Source of the DNA: Candidatus Thorarchaeota archaeon
GTDB taxonomy: Archaea > Asgardarchaeota > Thorarchaeia > Thorarchaeales > Thorarchaeaceae
Length of the DNA stretch: 64,000 nt
Assembly: GCA_963726195.1 (NCBI GenBank)
Contig: CAVSBO010000013.1
Coordinates: 71,038 to 135,037 of the forward strand
Direction of reading: 5' to 3'
The translations under genes were made by a program, and so were the position numbers. The notes beneath the pieces are model-generated. The model was not told the DNA's origin and did not search any database. It was given only the letters and a program-made list of their open reading frames with translations. Shown piece by piece: positions 9,694 to 20,274 of the stretch (positions within the stretch are counted from its first letter, which is position 1; each line of letters opens with the position of its first letter).

Positions 9694-10320
9694 ATGACCG
9701 ACTTGACAGATGCGATGGCAGACCTTGACGAACAAAAAGTGCTCAAGATTGTGAATGAGCAGATTCGTACGAAGCAGCCCATTCAGATTCTTGATGATCT
9801 AAGACGAGGCTTGGATGTCGTAGGTGACAAATTCTCAAAGAATGAGTATTTTCTGGTTGAGTTGGTGATGTCGGCCGACATATTCAAGAAAGCGATGACG
9901 ATTGTTGAGCCGAAGCTACTAGCAAATCAGCGTGCGGGTGCGAAGGGAAAGGTTGTAATCGGGACTCCCCAAGGCGACATTCACTACATAGGCAAGAACC
10001 TTGTCGTAGCATTCCTCAAGTCCAACGGATTCGAGGTTTACGATTTGGGTGAAGATGTGCCGCCTGACAAGTTTGTTAGCAAGCTCAAGGAGACTGGAGC
10101 GACCATTCTTGCGCTTAGCGGTCTAATCACCACTACACATGACGTCATGCGCACGACGATTGAGGCACTCAAGACCGCGGGCATCAGAAAGAAGGTCAAA
10201 GTAATGATTGGTGGCGGCGACATTAACGAGGAGATAGTGAAATACACAGGTGCCGATGCATTTGGGAAAGATGCCCTTAGCGCCGTAGAGCTCGCGAAAA
10301 AGTTTGCTGCAGGAAAGTGA
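9694..10320 (+). CDS. Corrinoid (B12-binding) methyltransferase protein
   Basis: Four-helix cap domain plus GDIHYIGKNLV (DxHxxG), SGL, VMIGGG. Confidence 0.9.
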   Translation: MTDLTDAMADLDEQKVLKIVNEQIRTKQPIQILDDLRRGLDVVGDKFSKNEYFLVELVMSADIFKKAMTIVEPKLLANQRAGAKGKVVIGTPQGDIHYIGKNLVVAFLKSNGFEVYDLGEDVPPDKFVSKLKETGATILALSGLITTTHDVMRTTIEALKTAGIRKKVKVMIGGGDINEEIVKYTGADAFGKDALSAVELAKKFAAGK

Positions 10321-10445
10321 TCACTGGTCTGTTCTTTCACGATGGTGATTGGCCGCCGAGTGTTACCTTTTTATGAGCAAGGCCGGACTAGAACTCTGTA
10401 GTTGCATATCCGCGGCCAGAGAGCCATTTGCGCAAGAGGGGTCTC

Positions 10446-11744
10446 ATGCTCGAAAGGATTCTTACCGATGAATTCAGGAACCAGCTGAAAGCCACCTTCA
10501 TGGATATTCATAACACTCAGGAGAAGAAGGACGAAGACGAGCTGGCAAAAGACGAGGGAAGACTAAGGCACGAGCTAATTGACACCGTAGAACCATACCG
10601 GTCCAATGTCGTCTTCGACACAGATTATCTGGTCTCTGCAGTCGATGGTTCTGGCTCCAGTGAGCTCGCGACTCTCAATGATGTGAGGGTTCACCTGCTA
10701 AGCACATCGACCGTTGTACTTGATACGAATACGAGAAATGGTGCACCTTTCATATCGATGGACAGAGCGGAGCTGGAGACTGCTCTTGGCCGAGCTCAGC
10801 CACACATGGACTCCTACTGGCACTCTGGCGTGAGAGGAGATGCCAGACAGAAGATGGCGGAGACGCTCGCAGAGATCTACCCTGTCAGTGACATATCCGA
10901 GCTTGTGCTTCCCTTCTTCAGAGACGCGACAAACGGACAGATACAGTCCATCGAGGATCTGTCAGACTCTCGATACAGCAAGCACGCTGAAATGCTACAA
11001 ACCATGGAATCGCTCATTTTCTACGAGCAGTTCCTCACAAATACCCTCGTGCACGACGAACTGCGCAAGGCCTCTGAGTATGCCGCAGCTCGAGCTATCC
11101 TAGCCAGTGAAATCAAGCCGAAGTATGTGTTGTTGGATGGCGCAATGTCCATCTTCTTGCATCAAGTGCGCCAATATCCTTCGCTGCCAACCGGTTTCAT
11201 GTTAAGGGAGTTGTGTTCGCTTGCGCGTGACAAAGATGCCGTGCTGTCCGCTGTGAGCAAAAGCCATACGATACCGGGTGCTCATCGAATTGCGGCGTTG
11301 GCCGAAGATGAGCTCGGCAAAGGTACTAAGTGGTTCTGTCTTCTTCCGGGCCAAGATGATCCTGGAGGAGCTCTGAATATTCTGAAGGATAGGACCTATA
11401 TCCCGCCGTACTTGGCAGTGCCGTATTTGTTCAGTTTCTCTCAGGAGAACCGGCCATCAAGGATTGACTTCGACAGGGTTTGGTGGCTCCAGAACATATT
11501 CGTGGCAGGGAACCCGAAGAAGACGAGACAGAATGAAAAAGCGCTCTTTCGAGATATTGAGTTCATGTCAAGAGATGCACGATGGTATGGTTACCCTGTC
11601 GCTCTCGCGTTGGCACACGAGGAGTGCAAGATAAGCTACGAGGATCTAAGGATTGCTAAGGAGGTAGCTGACGATGTTCTTCAGGAACTGGGAATGGGTT
11701 CTCGTCGAACAGTGTCCTTCAGAGCAGACTACGATTTACTATAG
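10446..11744 (+). CDS. nurA: NurA 5'-3' nuclease
   Basis: AVDGS, LLDG, VSKS, GYPVALALAHEECKI motifs; first gene of the herA-mre11-rad50 operon. Confidence 0.85.
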   Translation: MLERILTDEFRNQLKATFMDIHNTQEKKDEDELAKDEGRLRHELIDTVEPYRSNVVFDTDYLVSAVDGSGSSELATLNDVRVHLLSTSTVVLDTNTRNGAPFISMDRAELETALGRAQPHMDSYWHSGVRGDARQKMAETLAEIYPVSDISELVLPFFRDATNGQIQSIEDLSDSRYSKHAEMLQTMESLIFYEQFLTNTLVHDELRKASEYAAARAILASEIKPKYVLLDGAMSIFLHQVRQYPSLPTGFMLRELCSLARDKDAVLSAVSKSHTIPGAHRIAALAEDELGKGTKWFCLLPGQDDPGGALNILKDRTYIPPYLAVPYLFSFSQENRPSRIDFDRVWWLQNIFVAGNPKKTRQNEKALFRDIEFMSRDARWYGYPVALALAHEECKISYEDLRIAKEVADDVLQELGMGSRRTVSFRADYDLL

Positions 11745-11763
11745 ATAGTTCGAGTGATGTGAT

Positions 11764-13527
11764 ATGACTCTGGACGTGAAAAATCTCGGTGAACTCTATG
11801 GCAAGGTTGCCATAGGAAATCAGGCCATGCTTGGAATAATGGGAAACAACCGCGACGTCAGCGTCGGTGAAATCTTCATGGTATACTCCCAGAGGGACGG
11901 ACATGAGCGAGTGTTCTTCTTCCGTGTCTCGGCTCTCCAGAATTATCTACGACATGTGGACGACATGGCACGCGTAGCTGGTACATTGATGATTGAGGGT
12001 GACGCATACCTATCGGGCATCAAAAGAGACATGCTGCTTGAAGTTGAAGGAAAGATGCTTGGATACGCAGAAGAGAAGGACGGAAAATACATCTTCAAAT
12101 CGCCACGCCGCCTTCCTGACCATCTTGCTGATGTTTACCGACCTGTCCCCGGTGTTTCTGACAAGACCGTAAGGGACATGCTGTCTAGTCAGACAGGAGG
12201 CGAAGTATTCATTGGAGATTTACAAGTCGGCGAGGCAACACTAGACGTCCCAGTGGCGATACCCGCGAAGTTCCTTCCGATGCACATGGGAATCTATGGG
12301 TCTACCGGTTCTGGAAAAAGCAACCTCATGATGGTGATGATTAAGTCCATCTTGGACTCGAATCTTGAAGGAATTCGCAATCCAAATGAAGCTCGTACGC
12401 GTATCTCGGCTTTCTGCATAGACCCCCACGACGAGTTTGCTAAGGGTGTCACAAAGTATGGAATCCAGAACATAGTAGAGGCGATGGATCAAGAAACGAG
12501 GTCGGCAGTCATAGGTGACTTCTACTACCTCACAACGCATCTGAAAGCAACACCGCGGGAAATTCAGCGCTATGCTAGGGAGATTCGTATCCTCTGGGAA
12601 GAGATCCTACCGCATGACCTCTACACAATCATGGACTTCACTCCACAAATGGTGGCCTTCATCGAAGGTCAGCACGCAATGAACGGAGAAAACTGGATAT
12701 CGGCCATCCTCGACATGGTAGACGATCCTGACAACACGCCCAAAGGAACTCTGAATGCTGTCCAGCGCCGTCTCCGTTTCATAGAGCGTTCGCCAATCTT
12801 TGTTCGAAGTGGTTCGTCTATCTTGGATGATGTCTTCGTGGCCATGGAAAGCGGCCGCGTACTGGTGGTCAATACCAGCTTGATGAACGACACGGAGCAG
12901 TTTCTCCTAACGACTGTAGTTGCTCGTTCGGTTTCCGATCTCAGAAGAGCTGCGAAAAGCAGCGGAACGCTGGGCGACTTTGAGACTCAGGGCCAGCTTA
13001 GACTCCCCGGTCCTTTTTTCAACCGTATCAAAGTCAAGGCGAGATCCTTCTACACAAAAGGTGGACAAGGGGACGATTCTGGAGTGCGCGATCCGCGCGA
13101 CATGCCTGTGATTCTCGTGACCGTTGAAGAAGCTCCTTCAATTCTCAACCCCGAACTCATGCAAGGGCAATCAGTATTCAAAGACATCTCTCGTCAAGGG
13201 AGGAAGTTCAACATAGGCCTCGTTGTAGTAAGTCAACAGGTAAGTGTTCTCGACAATGTCATATTGAGTCAAATGAACACTCAGGTCAATCTCAGACTTG
13301 GTAACGAGCATGAGATTCAAGCATGTGTTGACAACGCGAGCATCAACATTTCGGGTATGGAGAATGAGTTCCGTGTCATGGCCAGAGGAGAGGCAATACT
13401 CACAGCATCTTATCGTGAGCTTCCTTTGCCGGTCCGAGTGCCTCTCTTCGATACTGTGTTCGAACGCGACAAGGGCAGGTACAAATCATCGAGGACCGCA
13501 CGTTCGAGCGAGAAACACACACTCTGA
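11764..13527 (+). CDS. herA: HerA helicase/translocase
   Basis: HAS barrel, HMGIYGSTGSGKS, IDPHDEF, VEEA, RQGRKFNIGLVVVSQ. Confidence 0.9.
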   Translation: MTLDVKNLGELYGKVAIGNQAMLGIMGNNRDVSVGEIFMVYSQRDGHERVFFFRVSALQNYLRHVDDMARVAGTLMIEGDAYLSGIKRDMLLEVEGKMLGYAEEKDGKYIFKSPRRLPDHLADVYRPVPGVSDKTVRDMLSSQTGGEVFIGDLQVGEATLDVPVAIPAKFLPMHMGIYGSTGSGKSNLMMVMIKSILDSNLEGIRNPNEARTRISAFCIDPHDEFAKGVTKYGIQNIVEAMDQETRSAVIGDFYYLTTHLKATPREIQRYAREIRILWEEILPHDLYTIMDFTPQMVAFIEGQHAMNGENWISAILDMVDDPDNTPKGTLNAVQRRLRFIERSPIFVRSGSSILDDVFVAMESGRVLVVNTSLMNDTEQFLLTTVVARSVSDLRRAAKSSGTLGDFETQGQLRLPGPFFNRIKVKARSFYTKGGQGDDSGVRDPRDMPVILVTVEEAPSILNPELMQGQSVFKDISRQGRKFNIGLVVVSQQVSVLDNVILSQMNTQVNLRLGNEHEIQACVDNASINISGMENEFRVMARGEAILTASYRELPLPVRVPLFDTVFERDKGRYKSSRTARSSEKHTL

Positions 13528-13538
13528 GGCACTCCTTC

Positions 13539-14849
13539 ATGACGGCACGCATTGCCCACATATCGGACACCCATCTCGGCACGAGACCAAGAGAAGGTGT
13601 CAGGTCAGATATCTGGGCCGTGGAGATGCGGACGCGGGTCATCGAGAATGATTTCTATGAACGCTTCGCAGAGGTCTTTGACAGGATTGCTTCGCTCAAT
13701 CCCCCAGTCGACTTAGTCATTCACTCTGGTGACCTCTATGACTCGCCGTCAGAAGAAAACCCCTCGCAGCCGCCGGTGGTGGCTCAGGAAACCGCACTAT
13801 TAGTTCTAAAGAGCTTCACAGAAAAGACCGGAATCCCTGTTCTGATAATAGAGGGCAACCATGGACTCTACAGGTCGATGGATGTGTCGTTGCTTGATTC
13901 TCTCAGAATGTCGATCTCAGGTCTCAATGTTGCCACACACGTCGACCTCAAGCGAGCGTTCAACAAGAAAGAGCCTCTGAAGTACTCTTACGACAAACTG
14001 GACGTTTTCTGTTTTCCATACATGAGCGCGAGTCTGCTGGAATCCTCTGGTTTGGTGGCCGAATTCAATGATTGGATAATGACAAACCAAGCCCCTAGTA
14101 GTCGGAGACCGTCGGTTGCGGTGGTTCATGGAATGGACAGTGATCGGACGCTCCCTCCTTCTATCCTTAGCATGGGGTACAGCTATGTCGCTCTCGGTCA
14201 CGACCACAAGCAGCACAAGCATTCTGAAAATGCCTGGTACGCCGGATCGACCGAAAGATGGAGGTTTGACGAGGCAGGACATAAGAAGGGTTTCCTCGTA
14301 GTCGACGTGGCAGCAGGCGAACTTCCATCGGTGACCCCTGAGTACATTCAGTTCATTCGTCCAGTATTCAACCGCAGGATGACCACTGAAGACATCGGGA
14401 GCACTGATTCTCTGATTGAGAAAATCGATGCCTGGTTCTCCGAAAAAGGTATGAAAGCTGCCTGGGATTCAACAACTGCAGCAAGGGTTCGATTGGACTT
14501 TCGCGGCTCTTCTCGCGTTGGCAATCTTGACATCATGAATGCAATGGAAGCATACAGGACGAACGTCTTGCAACCGGGGTCCAAGTACAACGTAGTTCAA
14601 CTTACATGGCATACAGGCCTAATGAAATCCGAACAGGGTCTTGTCTCTTATCCTGAAATAGAGTCCGAGTACTTGATTGAAAACCCGGAGGAGGACTTTC
14701 GCACATACTTGGATACAGTGAAGGGGATTGACACGCAGTTCGACCCCGCTCTCCTGACGAAGGTTGCTGTGCGCGCCTTGAAGATGTCTGTAAAGAAGAG
14801 CGATGAGAAACTGACACTTGAGACTCTGTCGGAGGACGAGGGAAAATGA
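13539..14849 (+). CDS. mre11: Mre11 nuclease
   Basis: HISDTHLG, SGDLYD, GNH, VHG, ALGHDH, YAGS.ER metallophosphoesterase motifs. Confidence 0.9.
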   Translation: MTARIAHISDTHLGTRPREGVRSDIWAVEMRTRVIENDFYERFAEVFDRIASLNPPVDLVIHSGDLYDSPSEENPSQPPVVAQETALLVLKSFTEKTGIPVLIIEGNHGLYRSMDVSLLDSLRMSISGLNVATHVDLKRAFNKKEPLKYSYDKLDVFCFPYMSASLLESSGLVAEFNDWIMTNQAPSSRRPSVAVVHGMDSDRTLPPSILSMGYSYVALGHDHKQHKHSENAWYAGSTERWRFDEAGHKKGFLVVDVAAGELPSVTPEYIQFIRPVFNRRMTTEDIGSTDSLIEKIDAWFSEKGMKAAWDSTTAARVRLDFRGSSRVGNLDIMNAMEAYRTNVLQPGSKYNVVQLTWHTGLMKSEQGLVSYPEIESEYLIENPEEDFRTYLDTVKGIDTQFDPALLTKVAVRALKMSVKKSDEKLTLETLSEDEGK

Positions 14850-16943
14850 AGATACTGAGCATCAAACTCAGGAGCTTCAAGCCGTTTCGTAGTCTCGTTC
14901 TCCCTGACGATGCAAGTGATCTTCCGGAAGGATTGATTCTGGTTCGAGGACAGAATTCTACAGGCAAGTCTTCGCTGTTTGAAGCGATACTCTGGGGTCT
15001 ATGGGGAGCAGACGCAGTCAAACTCAACAATGATGAGCTCGTAAGCTTCGGGTCGGCATCGTGCGAAGTCGTTCTCGTTTTCGAGGTCGGTAGCAATCAG
15101 TACAAGATTGTCCGGTCATACGGTCTAGATAAGCGGCTATCTGTCACGCTGTTCGAGAAAGTCAACAGCACTTGGAAACCCATAGCGGACAAGAGCAGTT
15201 CCGTGTCTACGAAGATGGAGGAAATCCTCAACCTACAGCTGAACCAAGCTCTGAACACCCTGCTGGTTCGACAAGGGGAAGTCGCCACGATTGCCAGTGC
15301 CACTCCCTCTGAGCCTGAGGGAGCTTCTCGTCAAGGTGTACAACATCGAGCTTCTGGACAAGATGGAGACCCATCTGGAGAACCTTGAGTCGGATGTTAC
15401 ATCGAAGGTCGAGGCCTTAAGCCAAGACTATGAGCCGCCTGAAAGAATCGAGGAGAGAATCAATGATTGGCAATCGCGAATCAGCGAACGAGAAGAAAGA
15501 CTTGAGGCCAAGAACAGCGAACACGCCGCTTTGTTCTCGCAGGTAGAGTCTTTTCCTGATTCAACTACTCTGTCAGAGGTCCTTGAGCTCAATTCCGAGG
15601 TGGCTGAAAAAGAACGCGAGCATGAGTATGCCATAAGCAGCAGAGATAGGGAGCTTGCTGATGCAGGACTGGTTGACTCGACAGACGTGGTAATCCGGGC
15701 CCGACAAGAGGAGCTTGCAAAGGAATTTGATCGTTTGACTGAACAGCGCAGCAAGATTGAGTCAGAGATCACAGATGCAGATCGAGAGATTGGTGGACTG
15801 ACCCGGGTCGACAAAGACCTCCTCAAGCAGGTGGACACGCTTCAGGGTACTGTGGAGTCCAGTGGGCAAGCAATGAAATGTCCTACATGTGGAAAGCCTC
15901 TGTCAGTGAAAGAGCGCGATCAGTTAGTGTTGCAGTACAGAGCGACATTGAACAAAGATGCATCTCGACGCGATGACTTATCGAAGATGAGGACAAAGCT
16001 GGCCGCGACGATGAGAGCCACCGACGAGAGACTCAATTCCATACCCCGCGCTAGAGAGGCAATGAAACGTCTTTCAGACCGGCAGGCAGCTGTAGATGAG
16101 GCGAAGAGGGCGCTGGAGGAGTCTCAGGGACGGCTGGAAACGTTTCTCAAGGAGCATGATATGCCTCCTCTGGACGATCTTCTCAGCCAGTTCGATGTGA
16201 ACGACTTGCCTGAGCTGCAACGCATCGCGGATGCACGAAGGGCTCAGCTCGAATCTCTGAGTCAAGTGATCGATTCAGAGAAGGCGAATATCGATACCAT
16301 GCTCAGAGACAAGCAAGACCTCGAAACGAGGGCTGCTCGTATGAAAGAGATTGGTGCCGAGATTACAGACTTGAAGAAGCTAGTAGAGCACACGAAGTAC
16401 GTGAGAAGGAATCTTGTAAAGGGATTCATTTCTGACTACGTTGTTCAGAAGCGACTGATTGGGATAATCAGGGCGGCCACCAATCAATACGTTCAGTCAT
16501 TCACCAATGGTCAGTATACTCGTATTGACTTGGTACCAACCCCAGCAATGGCGAAGTCCGGCGCGGGTCTCATGCTGAAGGTTCATGACGATCGCGACAA
16601 TCAGGAGAAGAAGGCTAGCCAGCTCAGCTACGGAGACCGGACCGCTGTAAGTCTTGCGCTGAGACTCGGAATCAGTCGAACCATGAGTAGAATCCGACCG
16701 TTGAAGGACAGTCCCGCATTCTCTCCTCGTGTTCAATGCGTTCTTCTAGATGAACCTCTTGGAGGTCTTGATAGAGAGCGAAGGGCCTCGGTTGTCAAGA
16801 ATCTCACGAGCGAACAAGGCTTCAAGCAGATATTCCTGATTACACACACCGACGTTCAGGGCTTGGAGGGCGTGTCGGTTATCGATGTTGCAAAGAGCGG
16901 ACTTGGGAGCACGGCAACACTCCATACCGCATCGGAGTCGTAG
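14846..16943 (+). CDS. rad50: Rad50 ATPase (one +1 indel near 15314)
   Basis: GQNSTGKSS Walker A, RQGE Q-loop, CPTCG zinc hook, LSYGD signature, LLDEP, ITH; ORFs 14846-15388 and 15291-16943 join as ATPSE|LRELL. Confidence 0.9.
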
Positions 16944-16994
16944 GAAAGCATTCGGAGAACAAGTATATGAGAGAGCTCAGATGACCGCGTATCT

Positions 16995-18764
16995 ATGCGC
17001 TTGGCGGAACTCGCACCGCGTCTTCTGAAAGCCCTTCTTGTTCAAGTCATTGTATTCGGTGTTCTTTACGCCTCTGCAGTAGCCTGGGCACTGGTCTTCG
17101 GTGTTGCTGCGCAAGCATATGTTCCTCAGGCAATCGTTCTCTACGTGGGCTTTGCTGTTTTGACTCTCTTCTTCAGGCGTTCTGTGGCCGAGTATTTGCC
17201 GCTACTACTGGTGCTCCATTTCGGCATGCTAGTATGGGCCACCGTCTTCAATGCTGCAGTGGTCGACTATCTTTCCGGCGGGGCATGGAACAGCAGAGGC
17301 GTGTGGCTGGGCGACCAATCGATTGACTTCTTCGGCCTCACAGCTCAGCTTCGGTTCGAAGGATACACCGATTACAGCTTCTTCTATGTCCATTGGGGTC
17401 ACAATATGCTGAATGGGGTAATGCCCTACTGTGATGCATTCGGTTACCTAGGTCTGCATGGAATCGTGAACAGAAATGGACTGTACATATTTCCCCCGCT
17501 GTATGCGTATCTCTATGCGGCTGGCATAGCGATTCCTGTCGATGATTGGGGAATTGGATTGTTGATTGCTTGTTTTGGGTACTTGACTGCGCTGCCTGTC
17601 TATGGTCTTGGGCGCGAGTTATCGAACAACAGACATATCGGAGAAGTCGCGGCTCTGACCTACCTACTGAGCCCCTCTGTCCTTTATCACATTGATTATG
17701 TCTGGTTGAACCCGTCACCGTTCTATTTCTTCTTCTTTGCAGGGTTCTACATGTTGGTACGAGGCAAACGGCATACCGGCACGATTCTAATTGTGACTGC
17801 CGCCTTGTTCAAGCAGACGGCTTGGTTCTTCGGAATTCCGCTAGTTGTGTACCTGCTTGTAAGACCTCGAGGTACCATGCAAGTCAATTCTCCTGACCAG
17901 AGGCGTCTTCTAGACTCTCTTCGCAGGATACCAAGGAGAATCCTCGAGGCACTCGATTTGCACGGCTTCTTGTTCAGCGTTGTGATAGTTGTCGTGTTCG
18001 TCGCAGCCGTGATGTTTCCTTTTCTCTTGGCTCAGCCGTATACTCTGCTATACATTGGTCTCGCCTCTGGAGGGTTCAAACTGGAATCTTACACTAGTCT
18101 ACCGATGTACGGGAGTCCCATGCGGCTGCAGGTCTTGCCCTTGGTAGCCTATCTTTCCCTGCCCGCAGCCAACCAGTCTGAGCCACTAGGCATTTTTCTC
18201 TTGTGGCTGACCCAGACTCTTGACAACCTTGTCTTCAATGATTTTCTTCTGATTCTTGGAGTAGTGACTTTCGGTGGCCTGATGTTGCTCGAACCTAGGC
18301 GTATCGGACGCGAAAAGCAGTACCTCAGGCGTCTGCTCTACCTAACAATGCTGATGATGCTCTGGGTAAATCTCGCTGGTCCCCGAGGAGTGTACAAGTA
18401 CTACTTCACTATATTCGCGCCATTCTTCTCGCTCTTCTCTTCTACCCGGATTGTTGAGAGTAAGGAAGAGCATGTACCATTCTCGTGGTCAATGCTCTGG
18501 CTACCAGCCTCGATGAGTGCCATGATCCTCATTCCAAGCCGCGATGTGTACCTGTTCGCGGTTATTCTGATCTTCGTAGGATATCTGCTTGTTCATCACA
18601 TCGGAACGTTTTGGTACATGTTCACAGCCCCTGTCCGGTACGTTTCGAACAGAGTTGGCCGAAAGATGCATCCGATAGTCTCTAGAGCATCCTCTTTGCT
18701 CAGCAGACTTAGAAACCGCGGTGCAGAATCGGAACTCAGCGGAGGAATCTCCCATGATGTCTGA
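16995..18764 (+). CDS. GT-C fold polytopic glycosyltransferase (GT87/PIG-M-like)
   Basis: Many TM helices; EGYTDY, YIFPPLY, YLLSP, ALFKQ, PRGVYKYY motifs. Confidence 0.65.
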   Translation: MRLAELAPRLLKALLVQVIVFGVLYASAVAWALVFGVAAQAYVPQAIVLYVGFAVLTLFFRRSVAEYLPLLLVLHFGMLVWATVFNAAVVDYLSGGAWNSRGVWLGDQSIDFFGLTAQLRFEGYTDYSFFYVHWGHNMLNGVMPYCDAFGYLGLHGIVNRNGLYIFPPLYAYLYAAGIAIPVDDWGIGLLIACFGYLTALPVYGLGRELSNNRHIGEVAALTYLLSPSVLYHIDYVWLNPSPFYFFFFAGFYMLVRGKRHTGTILIVTAALFKQTAWFFGIPLVVYLLVRPRGTMQVNSPDQRRLLDSLRRIPRRILEALDLHGFLFSVVIVVVFVAAVMFPFLLAQPYTLLYIGLASGGFKLESYTSLPMYGSPMRLQVLPLVAYLSLPAANQSEPLGIFLLWLTQTLDNLVFNDFLLILGVVTFGGLMLLEPRRIGREKQYLRRLLYLTMLMMLWVNLAGPRGVYKYYFTIFAPFFSLFSSTRIVESKEEHVPFSWSMLWLPASMSAMILIPSRDVYLFAVILIFVGYLLVHHIGTFWYMFTAPVRYVSNRVGRKMHPIVSRASSLLSRLRNRGAESELSGGISHDV

Positions 18765-20274
18765 ACGTGTCAGCCAGGTTCCACGTAAGCTTGCCTCACT
18801 CTTACTTAGTTACAAGATTTTTCTCGTAATACTAATCTCAGCATTCCTTGTTTGGGCTTGGCTATTCAATCTGGCCACTATGGATTTCCTAGCAAATGGG
18901 CTCAGGCCTTTTCGATCGGCGTGGAATGGATACGGGCAGCTCAACATAGGGGGATTGACAATCCCCTTGAACTTCGAAGGTTGGGCTGATTACGACTACT
19001 ACTACGTCAGTTGGGCCAACCAGTTTCTCACAGGGATTCAGCCCTATACAGTCGCATTTGAGTATCAAAACATCGGGGGAACAGTATACGACATTCCGTA
19101 CTTCTTTCCCCCGCTCTTTGTGTACCTATGCGTGCTTGGCAGGATGTTACCTATTCAACCGTTTGGCATCGGGTTTGTCATCGCCGCGTTTGGCTATCTG
19201 ACAGCTTTGCCAGTCTATGGGATTGGAAAGAATCTTGCCGACAACGCGCACGTAGGCGAAATTGCGGCAGCAACGTATCTGTTCAACCCAATAATCCTGT
19301 ATCACACTGTAATGGATTGGTTGAACCCTGCCCCGTTCGTTTTCTTTGTCGTGCTTTCCTTCTATCTCATAATTACTGGTCACAGGATTTCAGGTGTTCT
19401 CGCAATGGTGACAGCAGCGCTGTTCAAACAGACGGCGTTCGTGCTGGCCCTTCCTCTCATCTGCTTTTTCCTAAGGAGACCTCCTCAGGAGGGTACAGCC
19501 GCTGAAGTCCAGAGCAATGAGGATGAAAAGAAGTCTCTTCTTAGCGATAAGCTCGATTTGCGAAGCCTCGCAAGAATCATTGCCATTGTTCTCATCTATG
19601 CGACGGCCCTTTCCATTCCCTACCTGCTGAATCCTCTGAACTACGTATACTACATCTTTCAGCGCCCCGGAGCTTTCCTACTAACTGACCTAACCACGCC
19701 ACCCGGCGACGGACTGCCGATGACTCTGGCAGTTGTTCTCATCGTGATGCATGCTCCACAGTGGTTAATCCAAGGAGTAAATCTCATGACGTACTACTCT
19801 GTCGGTCTCATTCTGGGGCTACTGCCCATTTTCGTGCAGATGCTAATTGAGGTGAAGGACGACCGCAATCTCAAAGGATATTGGCGCAGGATGCTATTCC
19901 TCACATTGCTCCTTATGTTGTGGGTCCACTTATTCTCGCCGAGAGGAATCTACAAGTACTACTTGGTCGCATTGGTGCCCTTCTTCTCAATCCTTTCCTC
20001 GACGAGTATGTGCACGAGAGAGTCTGGTCGAATTCACATCTCACTTCCGATGCTGGTGAACCCGTTCTTGCTGAGTGTCCTGATTATTGTACCAGACAGA
20101 ACCGTGTACATGCTTTTCCTAGTTTTCATTTTCCTAGGATACCTTTTCTATCGGCAGTTGGGCTTCGCTTATGGGCATGTTGCAGGAACCTTCAGACGCG
20201 GCGTTGGTTCCTTAATGCATGTGCGCGGGCATTCGGAGCCTCCAATTCTCCCGCGAACTCAAGGAGGCAGTTGA
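18754..20274 (+). CDS. GT-C fold polytopic glycosyltransferase, tandem paralogue
   Basis: Shares EGWADY, YFFPPLF, FGYLTALPVYG, HVGEIAA.TYL, ALFKQTA, PRGIYKYY with the upstream gene. Confidence 0.65.
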   Translation: MMSERVSQVPRKLASLLLSYKIFLVILISAFLVWAWLFNLATMDFLANGLRPFRSAWNGYGQLNIGGLTIPLNFEGWADYDYYYVSWANQFLTGIQPYTVAFEYQNIGGTVYDIPYFFPPLFVYLCVLGRMLPIQPFGIGFVIAAFGYLTALPVYGIGKNLADNAHVGEIAAATYLFNPIILYHTVMDWLNPAPFVFFVVLSFYLIITGHRISGVLAMVTAALFKQTAFVLALPLICFFLRRPPQEGTAAEVQSNEDEKKSLLSDKLDLRSLARIIAIVLIYATALSIPYLLNPLNYVYYIFQRPGAFLLTDLTTPPGDGLPMTLAVVLIVMHAPQWLIQGVNLMTYYSVGLILGLLPIFVQMLIEVKDDRNLKGYWRRMLFLTLLLMLWVHLFSPRGIYKYYLVALVPFFSILSSTSMCTRESGRIHISLPMLVNPFLLSVLIIVPDRTVYMLFLVFIFLGYLFYRQLGFAYGHVAGTFRRGVGSLMHVRGHSEPPILPRTQGGS

